Part shown: positions 41,231-55,425 of the stretch, one piece after another
Position numbering within the stretch: the first letter of the stretch is position 1
How the letters are laid out: every line of letters starts with the position of its first letter
NCBI GenBank assembly: GCA_964016885.1
Contig: OZ024757.1
Location: 14,446,001 to 14,510,000, forward strand
DNA length: 64,000 nucleotides
Origin: Eledone cirrhosa
Taxonomy: Eukaryota
Direction of reading: 5' to 3'
Position numbers and translations under genes: made by a program
The notes under the pieces: generated by a model
What the model was told of the DNA's origin: nothing
What the model saw: only the letters and a program-made list of their open reading frames with translations
Database searches by the model: none

Positions 41231-41330
41231 CAAAATCGACCAGTTTGATAGAACCATCGCTTGTCATTAAGATGTTGTGTCCTTTAATATCTCGATGCAT
41301 ATAATGGCATTTATGCATATGATTAATGGC
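41231..41330 (-). CDS. MYO3: Class III myosin (ninaC/MYO3-like) STE20-family kinase domain exon (catalytic loop to DFG)
   Basis: AINHMHKCHYMHRDIKGHNILMTSDGSIKLVDF-G; 100 nt; preceded by a pyrimidine tract and CAG, followed by GTAAGT; phase 1 end fits the next exon. Confidence 0.9.
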
Positions 41331-41838
41331 CTGTACAGAAAAGAAGGAAAAGAAATGAGAAATTTGTAAAATTAAGTTAGGTCGTTCATCTTCTATTCGT
41401 TGCTTCATCTTATCTGAATAACTTGGTAAAAAATATTTGGTTTGCTATAATAAACTCAAATGTTTTTTTTTTATTTATTTCCCTTCTTCACATTTTTTTA
41501 TTTTTATTATTGTTATTATTATTATTATTATTACTGGTAATAACATCATAAATTATGATTTTGATAATAACATTTGCTTGACAGTTGAAAGAGAAGGTTA
41601 CAGCAAATATTCAAACCATCAATAAATATATGTGTGCGCATATATATATATATATATTAGACTATATATATGTATTTATATCTGTATTTTTGATGGTTGT
41701 TCAGTCAGTGATAAACATTGATGACCAAATGAATTAACTATGGAGATATAAAAGATACAGAAGTGAAAACCAACCAAACAGTGAGTGTGTTCTGTTATTA
41801 TTTCTGACAATATTATTACAACAATATGACCCCTCCCC

Positions 41839-41884
<46 letters not shown>

Positions 41885-41943
41885 GTATGTAAATACATAT
41901 ATATGCAAGCATATATATGCATACATATTTACATATATATATA

Positions 41944-41981
<38 letters not shown>

Positions 41982-42059
41982 AGCATATATATGCATATAT
42001 ATATGCATATATATATATATGTGTAAGCATATATATGAACATATATATATATATATGCA

Positions 42060-42091
<32 letters not shown>

Positions 42092-42243
42092 AGCAAAAGG
42101 GATATTTAATTTGTTGGAAATACAACAAATATAAATGTTTATAACTGATTCAGAGCACTCGACAATTTTCTGGAGTATAATATCAATGATATTAAATAAA
42201 TGGAAACTATATTTATAAAACCATATTTATTCTATTATATATA

Positions 42244-43480
42244 AACTGCTACAAGGGTAAAGGTGATGCCCTAGATAGGGGAAACTATAGAGGCATTAAA
42301 TTAATTGACCAGGTCATGAAGGTCACAGAAAAAGTAATAGTGCAACTAATCAGAGAGCGAATTGATCTAGATGAAATGCAGTTCGGGTTTGTGTCAGGTA
42401 AAAGTACAACAGACGCTTTTTCATTGTACGACAACCACAGGAGAAGTACCTAGCTAAAAGTAAACCCCTATACTTAGCTTTTGTCGACTTGGAGAAAGCT
42501 TTCGACAGAATCCCCCGTTCTATTATCTGGTGGGCTCTTAGAAAACTAGGTGTTGATGAATGGCTTGTGAGAGCTATACAGGCCATGTATAAAGAAACAG
42601 TCAGCAAGGTTAGAATTAACAACGAATATAGTGAAGAGTTTAGCGTAAAAGTTGGTGTTCATCAGGGCTCCGTCCTTAGCCCCCCTACTATTTATTATTG
42701 CCCTTCAGGCTATAACAGAGGAGTTCAAGACCGGCTGCCCATGGGAACTCCTATATGCAGATGATCTAACGTTCATAGCTGAATCAATGGCTGAACTAGA
42801 GAAGAAATTCCAAACATGGAAGCATGGCCTAGAATCAAAAGGCCTTAAAGTTAACTTGTCTAAGACTAAAGTTCTAGTTTGTAGGAAGGAAAATAGGGCA
42901 CCGGTCCCATCTGGAAAATGGCCATGCTCAGTGTGTAGGAAAGGAGTAGGTAGAAACTCCATTTTATGTCCCAAATGCAAAGTATGGGTACATAAAAGAT
43001 GTAGTGGGATCACAGGTAAGCTAACTAAGAATATAGATTTTATATGTGGCCGGTGCTCTGCTGTAATAGAGAAGACCCGCCTTACCTAAGTACAAAGTGA
43101 AACCTACTACAGTCAGTAAGCACCTCTAACAAAATACACCCCCGTCCCTCTTCCCCCATCCCATCCACACCACCCCTTTCAATGTAAAGTTATGTTGGTA
43201 CCACAACATCCAGCCCGAAACAAATGAGGGCGTGTAGGTCTCACGAAAAAAAAACACACAGTCCACGCTGTAATGTGGCCGTGTAGGTAACACAGTAAAA
43301 ACCTCCCAGTCCACACTGTAAACGTGGTTGGTGTTAGGAAGGGTATCCAGCCGTAGAAAACCCGCCAGACAGTCCTATGCGAGCAAGACAACCACTCTTG
43401 CCTCAAGTGGGAAAACTCTCGTCCAAACCCATGCGAGCGTGGAATATGGACGTTAAACGAAGATGATGATGATGATGATG
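42244..43480 (+). mobile_element. 5'-truncated, internally deleted RTE LINE inserted into a hammerhead
   Basis: NCYKGKGD..YADD..FICGRCSA joined directly to VIEKTRLT; same 3' UTR and (GAT)n tail. Confidence 0.9.
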
Positions 43481-43673
43481 ATATATTTCAAGGGTACCAA
43501 AACTTTGGTACGCTCTCATCAGATAAAATACAAAGTTTGTTTTATAAATATTGACATATCCCGGAAGAAGATCTTAACGGTTCAAGTTTTTCCTAGAATT
43601 TAATTTATCCAGGAAAAACTTGAACCGTTAAGATATGTTTTTATAAATATAGTTTCCATTTATTTAATATCAT

Positions 43674-43736
<63 letters not shown>

Positions 43737-43778
43737 AACGAGGGAGTTTCGTTTACATGTATAAGATATTTATTGCGT

Positions 43779-43875
43779 ATCGACCTGTCACGTGTTTCAC
43801 AGAGGATTGACTCAAGGTGACCCATAGGAGCTATGGACCCAACTCCATTATCAATCTGCTCTTCAGACTGGCGAT
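43779..43875 (-). ncRNA. Hammerhead-like motif with extended stem II and G at the cleavage site (probably inactive)
   Basis: atcgccagt-CTGAAGA-gcagattga..[ggtccatag ctc ctatgggtc]..tcaatcctctgt-GAAA-cacg-TG-acaggtcgat. Confidence 0.55.
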
Positions 43876-44036
43876 GTGACAAAGAAAATATATATATGTA
43901 TGTGTGTATATATATCTGTATGTATATATATATGTGTATCGTCCACCTAGTATCTTACTGCACCTTTGTTGTTGTTAGGTGTATGTATATATATATTGAT
44001 TATAGAGGACTATTGTGAGTTTTTAACTCAATATAT

Positions 44037-44098
<62 letters not shown>

Positions 44099-44544
44099 TA
44101 GTAAGTTAAATAAGGTGTGTGTATGTGTATATGTGTCCCTGTGACTATGTCAGTGATTTTATCCCATAACATAGCAGTTTGAATGAAAGAGATCAATAAA
44201 ATAAATACCAAACTGATACGATTGATTAAATCAAGGCAGTGCCCCAGCATGGCCACAGTATAATGAGTGAAACCAGTGAAAGAATGGAAGAATATATCAT
44301 ACAATCACTTACATGTATACACATATATCAACATTAGCTTAGACACATACACACGCATGTGTATACACACTTGTGTGTGTGTCGAACCTCTGTCGGTTCC
44401 ACTAATGAATGTTCAAATTGTTTGTCATGAAATAAATAAGCAAGTGGCTGAGCATTCTAGAGACACATGTACTTTTACTGCAGTAAGAGTACACGTGTCT
44501 CAATACAGCAGAATTTTTTCCAGAGAAAGCGAGAAAGTGAGAAA

Positions 44545-45215
44545 GGGGAAGTGAGAAAGAGATATAGAGGAAGAATTGACCCCAGTACGAGACTGGTACT
44601 TTATTTTATCGACCTCGAAAGGATGAAAGGCAAAGTTAACCTCAGCAAAGTACAGTGAGAGAGAGAGGAAGTGAGAAAGAGATATAGAGGAAGAATTGAC
44701 CCCAGTACAAGACTGATACTTTATTTTATCGACCTCGAAAGGATGAAAGGCAAAGTTAACCTCAGCAAAGTACAGTGAGAGAGAGAGAGAGGAAGTGAGA
44801 AAGAGATATAGAGGAAGAATTGACCCCAGTACAAGACTGGTACTTTATTTTATCGACCTCGAAAGGATGAAAGGCAAAGTTAACCTCAGCAAAGTACAGA
44901 GAGAGAGAGAGGGAGTGAGAAAGAGATATAGAGGAAGAATCGACCCCAGTACGAGACTGGTACTTTATTTTATCGACCTCGAAAGGATGAAAGGCAAAGT
45001 TGACCTCAGCAATGTACAGTGAGAGAGAGAGGAAGTGAGAAAGAGATGTAGAGGAAGAATCGACCCCAGTACAAGACTGGTACTTTTTTATCGACCTCGA
45101 AAGGATGAAAGGCAAAGTTAACCCCCGGTGGGATTTGAACTCAGAGAACAGAGACCCGGACCAAATACCATAAAGCATTCTATCTGCCGTTCTAACGACT
45201 CTGCTAATTCGCCAC
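44545..45215 (-). repeat. Five tandem ~120-bp units, each a SINE 3' half plus a GA-rich linker, ending in one full SINE head
   Basis: Repeated gaagtgagaaagagatatagaggaagaattgaccccagtac..ggcaaagttaacctcagcaaagtacagtgagagag. Confidence 0.85.
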
Positions 45216-45513
45216 CTATTATAACCACCTTACAGCGTGTAAATATATAGTGACAAACAGATAAAGAGAAATAGGTGTGAGAGTATGAAGCATTACCTTA
45301 CAAGCTGGTCTCCTTTTGTAAATACAGACAGTAAAGAGGTAGTCACAGTTCCACCAAATACAACAACTGAAGCCACACGTAGAATACCACATCCTTGCTG
45401 CAAATCCTTCGTGGATGATTGAACATAAGGTAGGGGTCACAACACCACGAAAGAGAACATATTTTGCCCTCAAATTCCAAACAGAAAGTTCAAGCAAGGA
45501 GTAAAACACTTTT

Positions 45514-45618
<105 letters not shown>

Positions 45619-45661
45619 GTATATATATATATATGTGTATATATATATATGTATATATATA

Positions 45662-45736
<75 letters not shown>

Positions 45737-45912
45737 CAGTGTTCACTGCCAAGAAGAGCATAGCTTGTCCTTAACTTTTAAACATAGAGTCACGATAAAG
45801 ATATGACATTGTATTCATGTATATATGTGTATGCATGTATGTATATATTTATATAAATCAATGGACCTCTGAAGGTTTCGTAAAACATTGTGTTCATGTG
45901 TGTATATATGTA

Positions 45913-45977
<65 letters not shown>

Positions 45978-46373
45978 TGATGGACCTCTGTCACTTACAA
46001 TGGTCAATGTTTCAATTATTCAACCAATGGAACAGACTGCCCTTGAAATTAACATATAAGTGCTTGAGTATTCCTCAGATACAAGAACACTTAATGTAAT
46101 ACTGATAGAAATAAAAAAAGATTTCACTACATCACCAAGAACATACTTTGCTCTCAACTTCCAAACATAGAGTTCAAATAAAGAATCAAATATTTTGTTT
46201 ATATAAAAATATGTCTGTATATGAGCCACGAGTGTGTTTCTGTGTGTTTTGTTTTTGATGTGTATATCATGACTCATACACTGTTCACTTTCCTGACATT
46301 TCTACATTATTCTATGTACTATACATGCACCTTTGATGAATTGTAGTGCACCTGAGCATTGTATAGAATAATT

Positions 46374-46406
<33 letters not shown>

Positions 46407-49139
46407 CAGTCTGTCTGAAACCATCTCTGGTTCCATGATACAAAGTTGCTTATTTTAAGATGTTTATATGTATTTAAAAGCCTTCCATTATAATTCTATG
46501 TAAGAACTTTATGTAATAATGCAAGAAGTGTGTATGTATGTATTTGTGTGTGTATGTATGCATCTATGTGTGTATGTATGCATCTGTGTGCATATGTGTG
46601 TATCTTTATGTGTATGTGCATGTATGCATCTGTGTATGTATGCATCTTTATGTGTATGTGTCTGTATGCATCTGTGTGTGTATGTATGTATGCATCTTTA
46701 TGTGTATGTGTCTGTATGCATCTGTGTGTGTATGTATGTATGCATCTTTATGTGTATGTGTCTGTATGCCGCTTTATGTGTATGTGTCTATGTATGTATG
46801 CATCTGCATGTGTATATATGCATCTTTATGTGTATGTATGCATCTGTGTGTGTGTATGTATGCATCTGTATGTGCCTGTGAATGTATGCATCTGTGTGTG
46901 TATACTTGTATCAGTATGTACATGTATCAGTGTGTATATGCATCGGTGTGTGTACACATCAATGTGTGTATGCATCAGTATATGTATGAGTTAGTGTGTG
47001 TGCATGTACACATCTATCAGCATGTGTATGTGTCAATATGCATATATGTGTATGTGTATGCATCCAAGTGTGTGGGTTAATGAAAGAGGAGTAAAGAAGA
47101 CAGTGTTCAATAAATCAAAATTCCACCCCGCCAAAAAATGGTAACCAAGGGTAACTGAACCATGACAACAGCGCTGGAGAATGGAGAATTTTGTGTTGCC
47201 GCTGACAACAGCTGACAGACGAGAGACGAGAGACGAGAGACGAGAGAATTCTTCCTTCGTTGGTTTTTCTTTGTTTCGTAAACATGGAATAGTGCATCGC
47301 GACAGACAAACAACCAAAATAACAGTATCAACTATCGTAACACATTACAACAACAACAGCAGCAACAGCAGCAACAACAACAGAAACAGCAATCAAAGAG
47401 GCATACAATTACAAAAGGAACAACAACAACAGCAATAACAACAGCAATAACAACAACAACAGCAAAAGTAATCAAAGAGGCATAAAATTACAAAAGGAAT
47501 AACGACAACAACAACAGGAACAGCAAAAATCAAAATGGCATAAAGTTACAACAACAACAATCAGTCAAACAATCCTAAAGACATCTAAAACAACTGGAAT
47601 AACAACGACAGCAGCTAAAACAACAATAACAATAACAACAGCAACAACAACAACAATGATGACAAAAACAACAACAGCTATGACAGCAGCTAAAACAACA
47701 ATTATGACAACAAACAACAGCTAAAACAACAACAACTATTACAACAACGACAACTAAAACAACAACAACAACAACAGCTAAAACAACAATTATGACAACA
47801 AACAACAGCTAAAACAACAACAACTATTACAACAACAACAACTAAAACAACAACAACAACTAAAACAACAACTATAACAGCAGCTAAAACAACAACAGCA
47901 GCAGCTAATACTACAACAACTAAAACATCAGGAACAACAACAACAACAACAACAACAGCAGCAGCTAAAACAACAATTATGACAACAACAACAGCTAAAA
48001 CAACAACAGCAGCAGCTAAAACAGCAACAACAAAAACAACAACTATAACAGCAGCTAAAACAACAACAACAGCTATTACAACAACTATTACAACAACAGG
48101 AACAATAACAACAACAACAATTAAAGCAACATGTCAAAGGTTTTAATTGTACAGCAATCCAGATGAAACTGGAGTTGATGACATAAGAGGCCTTCCTCAA
48201 AGTCAGGAATGGATTTATTTCCTTTCCTCAATTTTTACTTTGTATTTTATATTTTGTATAGATTGACATTTTGTTTTTACTTCAAATGTTCTTGTTTTTT
48301 CTGTCTTTCTTCTTCTTTTCCTTCTTCCTTCTTCTCCTCTCCTTCTTTTTCATCTCCCTTTTTTCTTCTTCTTCTCACATTTTTCTTCTTCTTCATCTCC
48401 CTTTTTTCTTCTCACGTTTTCTTCTTTTTCTCCTTCTCCCCTGCTTCTTTTATCTTCTCCTCCCCTTCTTTTCTTCTTCTTCCCCTTCTCCTTCTACATC
48501 TTTATCGTTATTATTGTTGTTGTTGTTGTCATTACTATTACTATCATTATTATTGTAATTATCACCATTATCACCGCCATCATCATCATCATCATTATTC
48601 ATAGTTTCTTTTAAAAGAATTAATAATTCCTGAAATCAATTAGGATTCAATTTCATGAGAATGGATCACCTGACAGCAATTTTATCTTTCATTGTTTGCA
48701 ATATTGTACTTTTCTTTCGTTTGAGGTGTGTATATATATATATGAGTATATATCATCATTTTCAGCATCATTTTAGGTCCGCTCTTCCCTGCTTGCAAGG
48801 GTGGGACGGGAACTGATTCTGGCCTGATTTCTACAGCTGGATGCCCTTCCTAACACCAACCTCATTTACAGTGAGTGCTGGGTGCCTTTTTTCCGTGGCA
48901 CCTCCACATCCACTTTACAGTGTGGGCTGGGTGCTTTTGTTACCATGGCACCTCCACGACCACTTTGTAGTGGAATGATAGGGACCCCACTCCCTATCAT
49001 CTCATTTCTACAGCTGAGTAAACTGGAGCAATGTGAAATAAAGTGTCATGCTCAAGGAAACAACACATCACCCAGTCTGAGAATTGAACTCACAACCTTT
49101 TGATTGCAAGGCCAATATATATATATATATTAGTGTATG

Positions 49140-49209
<70 letters not shown>

Positions 49210-49589
49210 TATGGTGGAGAAAGTAAGACATAAACAAATATATATCATCATCATCATCATCATTTTACGTCCGCTTTTCCCTGCTTGCAAGGGTGGTACA
49301 GAAACTGATTCTGGCTTGATTTCTACAGCTGGATGCCCTTCCTAACACCAACCTCATTTACAGTGAGTGCTGGGTGCTTTTTTGCCGTGGCACCTCCACG
49401 ACCACTTTGCAGTGGAATGATATGGACCTCAGTCCCTACCATCTCATTTCTATAGCTGAGTAAACTGGAACAATGTGAAATAAAGTCTCTCTTGCTCAAA
49501 GAAACAACACATCACCCGGTCCGAGAATTGAACTCACAACCTTTCGATTGCAAGGCCAATGCTCTAACCACTAAGCCATATGCCTCCAC

Positions 49590-49620
<31 letters not shown>

Positions 49621-49851
49621 TTTTTTTGAAAGTGAGGTTTTTTGACAAAATGAAAAATAACCGAGGTGTCCTACACGAGTGAAAGTATAAAGAAAAAAAG
49701 ATGGAATCGAAAATGCAACTGGAGTCTTATTTTTTAAAAAAAATATTTATTTATTTGGTTCCTTTACTGGTTTCACAGTTCTTCTGCCTTTCAAAATAAG
49801 AGTTGAGATGGAGGGTCTGTGAAAAACCACAGACCCTCCATTCTCAACTCT

Positions 49852-49889
49852 TATTTTGAAAAGCAGAAGAACTGCGAAACCGGTAAAGG
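49852..49889 (+). ncRNA. Minimal hammerhead U3:A8 variant in the second copy of the 4391 family
   Basis: TTGAAAA-gcag aagaa ctgc-GAAA-ccgg-TA-aagg; 5' strand of stem I partly changed (tatt). Confidence 0.55.
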
Positions 49890-50167
49890 AACTAAATAAA
49901 TATATATATATTTTTTAAAATAAGACTCCAGTTGCATTTTCGATTTCATCTTTTTTTCTTTATATATATATATATCAGAGTGGAGGCGGTAAAAACCAGA
50001 TAAACAATTACTCACCAGAGTACTCGATACTTGGGGTAGTAGAATGGTAAATAAGACAAAATTCAGGACCCCGACGGCTGAGCTCTGGCCGTTTCAACAG
50101 CTATATCTGAACTAGTAGGATCTAGATGTTGAAACGGCCAGAGCGCAACCGTTGGGGTCCTGAAGTT

Positions 50168-50206
<39 letters not shown>

Positions 50207-50779
50207 GTATACGATTATCCAAGATGCAGTGATGGTTAATTACTACACTGGATATGGTTGACGTACGGTATATATATATATATATGGTGAAATTAATAAA
50301 CATTCGTTGTACTGCCTCTCTGTTTTGTCCCTGTTCAAATTTTTCTATTATATATATATATATTGAAACATGTGTCGTGATTAAATGATTGGAATTTTAC
50401 CTTGCCTTCGGATTTTCATTTTGATACTTATACTCCGTTTTACATCATCTAGCTGTTCCCTCGAATGGAATTGGAGATATACAAAAGCGTGGAGAACTTA
50501 ATATTGCTAACATAAAGTTATTGGACCATTTTACACAACCAATAATGCACCTTACTATATAACAACTATATATATATATGGAAGGAAGATGCGGTCGAGG
50601 AAGACCACGAAAAACATGGGTGGAGGTGGTGAGAGCTGACCTCAGATCGCTGAAGCTCACGGAGGAGATGACAAAGGACCGTGACAAATGGAGAGATGGT
50701 GTGTTGAATAGGACCCATCCCACCCTTGCAAGCAGAGAAAAGCGGACGTAAGATGATGATGATGATGATGATGATGCAC

Positions 50780-50812
<33 letters not shown>

Positions 50813-50926
50813 TACATATATATATACATATACATATATATCATCACCATTTTATACCCCTTTTCCAAGCTAGCATATGATATTAAACACACACACACAC
50901 ACTCTCTCTCTCTCACACACACACAG

Positions 50927-50958
<32 letters not shown>

Positions 50959-52374
50959 AGAATAATTCAATTAAAACATCTAAAAGAACAAGGTTTTTCT
51001 TCTAGAAATAATAGATTTTTTTTTTTTAAAACGATTAAAACAAAAAAAAAACAGTAATAAATAATAAAAATAATAGAGATGTCCCTGGGGTGAGAGGGGG
51101 GAATAACGAAGCAAAGAATTAAAGTATGTCAATTAGCTATAACTAATTAGGGAACATTCTAATGAATATAATAAACAATAACTAAAAAATATATAGCAAA
51201 GTAATTTGATCAAATAAAACAAAAAAGGAGGAAACAACTACTACTACTACTACTACTACTACAACTACTACTGCTACTACTACAACAACAACTACTACTA
51301 CTGATACTACTGTAACAACAACTACTACTACAACAACAACTATTACTGATACTACTGTAACAACTACTACTACGACTACTACTACAACTATTACTGATAC
51401 TACTCTAACAACTACTACTACGACTGCAACAATAACAACAATTACTACTAATAATACTACTACTACTGAAACAACTACAACAACAACAATTACTACAACA
51501 ACAACAATAGCAACAACTACAACAGTAACAACAGCAAAGAACAAGCCCCCCCCCCCCCCCCCCCCACCATGTCTCAGTAGCCCCGACATGGTTCCCATAT
51601 CTTAAGACCTTATCTAACAACCTACTATAGGAAAAAATCCTTAAAGCTGACATTACAATCCTGTCTAACACAACAACATACAGCATGTGGTCACCTATTT
51701 AGTTTACTTTGCTTCTTGTTTGTCATTTATTTTTTAACGAGGCCCTGTGGCATGCAGCTAATTGCACTTTAATTGTGTTACTTCTCCTACTTTATAGAAA
51801 GAAAGCAGAGACTAATAATATTTATAATAATTGTTTCTACTTTAGGCACAAGGCCAGCAATTACCCAGTACATTACTGGTACTTTATTTTATCGACCCCG
51901 TAAGGATGAAAGGCAAAGTTAACCTCGACGGGATTTGAACTCAGACCGTAAAGGGACGAAACTATGCTGAAAAGCATGGCGTCCGATCCTCTACCGATTT
52001 CATTTATTGGCCACAAGGGCTGACATATAGGGGGCAATACGAAAGACTGGGACAGTGGGGTTTTACAGAAAAATCGAGTAAACAATATGAATAACAATAA
52101 CAAAGTAACAAGAAAAATACAAGAAAAATTCCATCAACTTTTTTATAATAATAATAATAATAATAATGGCTTCTGATTTAGGCACAAGGCCAGCAATTTT
52201 TGGGAGTGGGGAAAGTCAATTAAATCGACTCCAGTGCATGACAGGTACTTTATTTTATCAACTCCGTGAACTAGTATCTTTGTGTATGTGTATATATATA
52301 TATATATATATTGCATATTTCTGGCAATAGTATTACAACAATATGACCCTCCCCAAGTATAACAATATATATAT

Positions 52375-52576
52375 ATATTGTTATACTTTGGTAGGGCCAT
52401 GTTGCCAATCAGAAACACACGCACCAGTTGCTTTCACTTCAATTTATTATAATAAATTTATAATAAATTTATAAATTTATAAATTTATTATAAATTTATT
52501 ATAATAAATTGAAGTGAAAGCAACTGGTGCGTGTGTTTCTTATTGGCAACATGGCCCACCCAAAGTATAACAATAT
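52375..52576. repeat. ~200-bp palindrome from a (TA)n-associated repeat family (copies 33120..33255, 41780..41840)
   Basis: Near-perfect inverted arms around an AT-only centre; no convincing hammerhead. Confidence 0.75.
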
Positions 52577-52630
52577 CGGTTTCAACACACGATTTCAGAT
52601 AAAGAATCTTGCTAAACAAATTCAGAAACG

Positions 52631-52672
<42 letters not shown>

Positions 52673-52717
52673 GGAATGAAGAATAACATGGTCAGCTGTA
52701 CAATAGGGTTTATTTAA

Positions 52718-52828
52718 AGTATTAACAATTGTTTCATTAGTCCGGTGTGTCTAAAAGTCGCTGATCGTTAGAAGTCCCGTTACTCGACTTTAATTACAGT
52801 TAAAACTCGACCAAATCGTCAGAAAACT
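52718..52828 (-). ncRNA. Type I hammerhead with long branched stem II
   Basis: agtttt-CTGACGA-t ttggtc [..aaagtcg..cgacttt..] gactaa t-GAAA-caattg-TT-aatact. Confidence 0.65.
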
Positions 52829-53466
52829 GATTTGTGTAAATGATACATTTACTTTTACTATTATTACTCAAAGTACCCACTGCCTAGGAACTTTCTTAAA
52901 CCAGCCACCCGACTAAGGACACTTCTTGTTGAGTTAAACAATGCTGAACGTTAAAACTATCCTCAATACAGAGTACTCATAACTTCTAGCTGGATTAATT
53001 AAAACGATATCTTGTTATCTTATATATATATGTGTGTGTGTTTGTCAGAAACCTAATTATCTGGTACAAAGATACTGTATATATAAAGACATGATGTTTA
53101 CATCTGTCAATGCATACAGTGCATTGTTGGCTAAAATCTAACGATAAATTTTGTAACACAGTATAGCATACATATAAATTTATATATATTTATATATCCA
53201 TGTACATACATACACGATGGCATCTACAACTTTGATTCATATCCAATATCATATCATCATCGTCATTTAACGTCCATCTTCCACCCTAGCATGGGTTAGA
53301 CGGTTTTGTTCCACTTGATGCAAGATTGGTTGGGAGACCGTGTCTCGCTTGTACAGAACTCTCCCTGGCAGGTTTTCTACGACTGGATGCCCTTCCTGAC
53401 ACCAACCACATTTACAGTGTCGACTGGGAGCCTTTTTATCGTGTCTCCTACACAACCAATCATATG

Positions 53467-53502
<36 letters not shown>

Positions 53503-53504
<2 letters not shown>

Positions 53505-54711
53505 CTAGTTTGTAGGAAAGAAAATAAGGCGCCGGTCCCTTCCGGGAAATGTCAATGCTCAGTGTGTAGGAAAGGAGTAGGTAGAAACTCCATTTTATGT
53601 CCCAAATGCAAAGTATGGGTGCATAAAAGATGTAGTGGGATCACAGGTAAGCTAACTAAGAACATAGATTTTACATGTGGCCGGTGCTCTGGTGCAATAA
53701 GTAGCAGCAAGTGCCCACAGAATACTAGCTCTTTCAATTGTGCAGAGGGTTCTATAGAAATAGTGGACAGCTTCCGTTACCTGGGTGACAAAATCAGCAG
53801 TGGGGGAGGGTGCTCTGAAAGTACAGTAGCTAGAGTCAGAACTGGATGGAAAAAGTTCAGAGAGCTTATACCACTATTAGCCGCTAAATGGTTCTCCCTA
53901 AAAATGAAAGGCAGGTTGTATGATGTCTGCATACGAACAGCAATGTTGCATGGCAGTGAGACCTGGGCATTGTGTGCAGAGGATATACGCAGACTAGAGA
54001 GGAACGAAGCTTGCATGCTCCGCTGGATGTGTAATAGTAATATACGTGAACGGCAAAGCATAAACGAACTAAGGAAAAAATTAGAAATAAGAGGGATCAG
54101 ATGTTGTTTACTCGAGAGAAGGCTACATTGGTATGGTCACGTGATGCGCATGAAAGACGACAGCTGTATAACAAAGTGCAGGGCAATAAAGATAGACGGT
54201 AGCCACGGAGTAGGCAGACCCAGAAAAACCTGGGACGAGCTGATAAATTCCGACCTCACACACTTACACCTCTCCAAGACAATGTCACTGGACCGAGACC
54301 TTTGGCGGTACTCAGTAATAGAGAAGACCTGCCTTACCTAAATACAAAGTAAAACCTACTACAGTCAGTAGGCATCTCTAACAAAATACACCCCCGTCCC
54401 ACCACCCCCACCCCATCCACACCGTCCCTTTCAATGTCAAGTTATGTTGGTGCCACAACATCCAGGCCGAAACAAATGAGATCGTGTAGGTGTCACGACA
54501 AAAAAACACACAGTCCACGCTGTAATGTGGCCATGTAGGCAACACGGTAAAAACCTCCCAGTTCCACACTGTAAATGTGGTTGGTGTTAGGAAGGGCATC
54601 CAGCTGTAGAAAACCCGCCAGACAGTCCTATGCGAGCAAGACAACCACTCTTGCCTCAAGTGGGAAAACTCCCGTCCAAACCCATGCAAGCGTGGAACAT
54701 GGACGTTAAAC

Positions 54712-54750
<39 letters not shown>
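53503..54750 (+). mobile_element. 5'-truncated RTE LINE
   Basis: ORF 53562-54341, 3' UTR and (GAT)n tail; (TA)n on both sides. Confidence 0.9.
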
Positions 54751-54779
<29 letters not shown>

Positions 54780-55116
54780 AAAGTGTGTGGCTGAGTGGTT
54801 AGAGAATTGGATTCACAATCTTGAGATTGCGAGCTCGATTCCTTGACCGGGCGATGCGTTATGTCCTTGAGCAAGACACTTTATTTCACGTTGCTCCTTC
54901 TACCTGGAGTTGCGACCGATAGATAGTATTAGCAACTGGAAAGACCGACGAAAACATTGTTTTCTCGGTCCGATTTGACGAAAGTCGATCGATCCTTTTT
55001 TATATATATATATATGTGTGTGTTAAGTATTTCCATGGAAAAGGTAAAGGAAAAAAGAGTGCTCTATGTAAAGTACAGAGCTATTTAATTATGTAATAAA
55101 CAACACAATATAATTA

Positions 55117-55185
55117 TTCCATTACCCAAGGTTTCACGAAGTCAGACGATTCTAACAGGTGTCTGAAGCCGTTCATCAGATAGAA
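55117..55185 (-). ncRNA. Type I hammerhead in fold-back 55023..55280 (related to 32196..32390)
   Basis: ttctat-CTGATGA-acgg ct tcagac..gtctga ct tcgt-GAAA-cc ttg gg-TA-atggaa. Confidence 0.75.
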
Positions 55186-55378
55186 ATCTTTAATATGTCT
55201 TTAAGATTACAATCGTCGGACTTCGTGAAACCTTGGGTAATGGAATAATTATATTATGTTGTTTATTACATAATTAAATATATATATATCATCATTTAAC
55301 AATGATTTTCTATATTTATATGTATATATATATATATATATATGTAATCATTTAACAATGATTTTCTATATTTATGTG

Positions 55379-55425
<47 letters not shown>

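Noticed and set aside
50363-50390. GAAA-catgtg-TC half-hammerhead right after (TA)n (similar at about 54980)
   Set aside because: Only the 3' half is present and there is no second copy in the window to validate it
51560-51665. Possible additional MYO3 exon
   Set aside because: An acceptor-like site is present but the translation has no kinase similarity; the neighbouring upstream and downstream exons were not found in this window
52375-52632. Hammerhead in the 200-bp palindrome family
   Set aside because: The candidate core ctgaaatc..gaaa does not match CUGANGA and is not conserved in the 33120 copy
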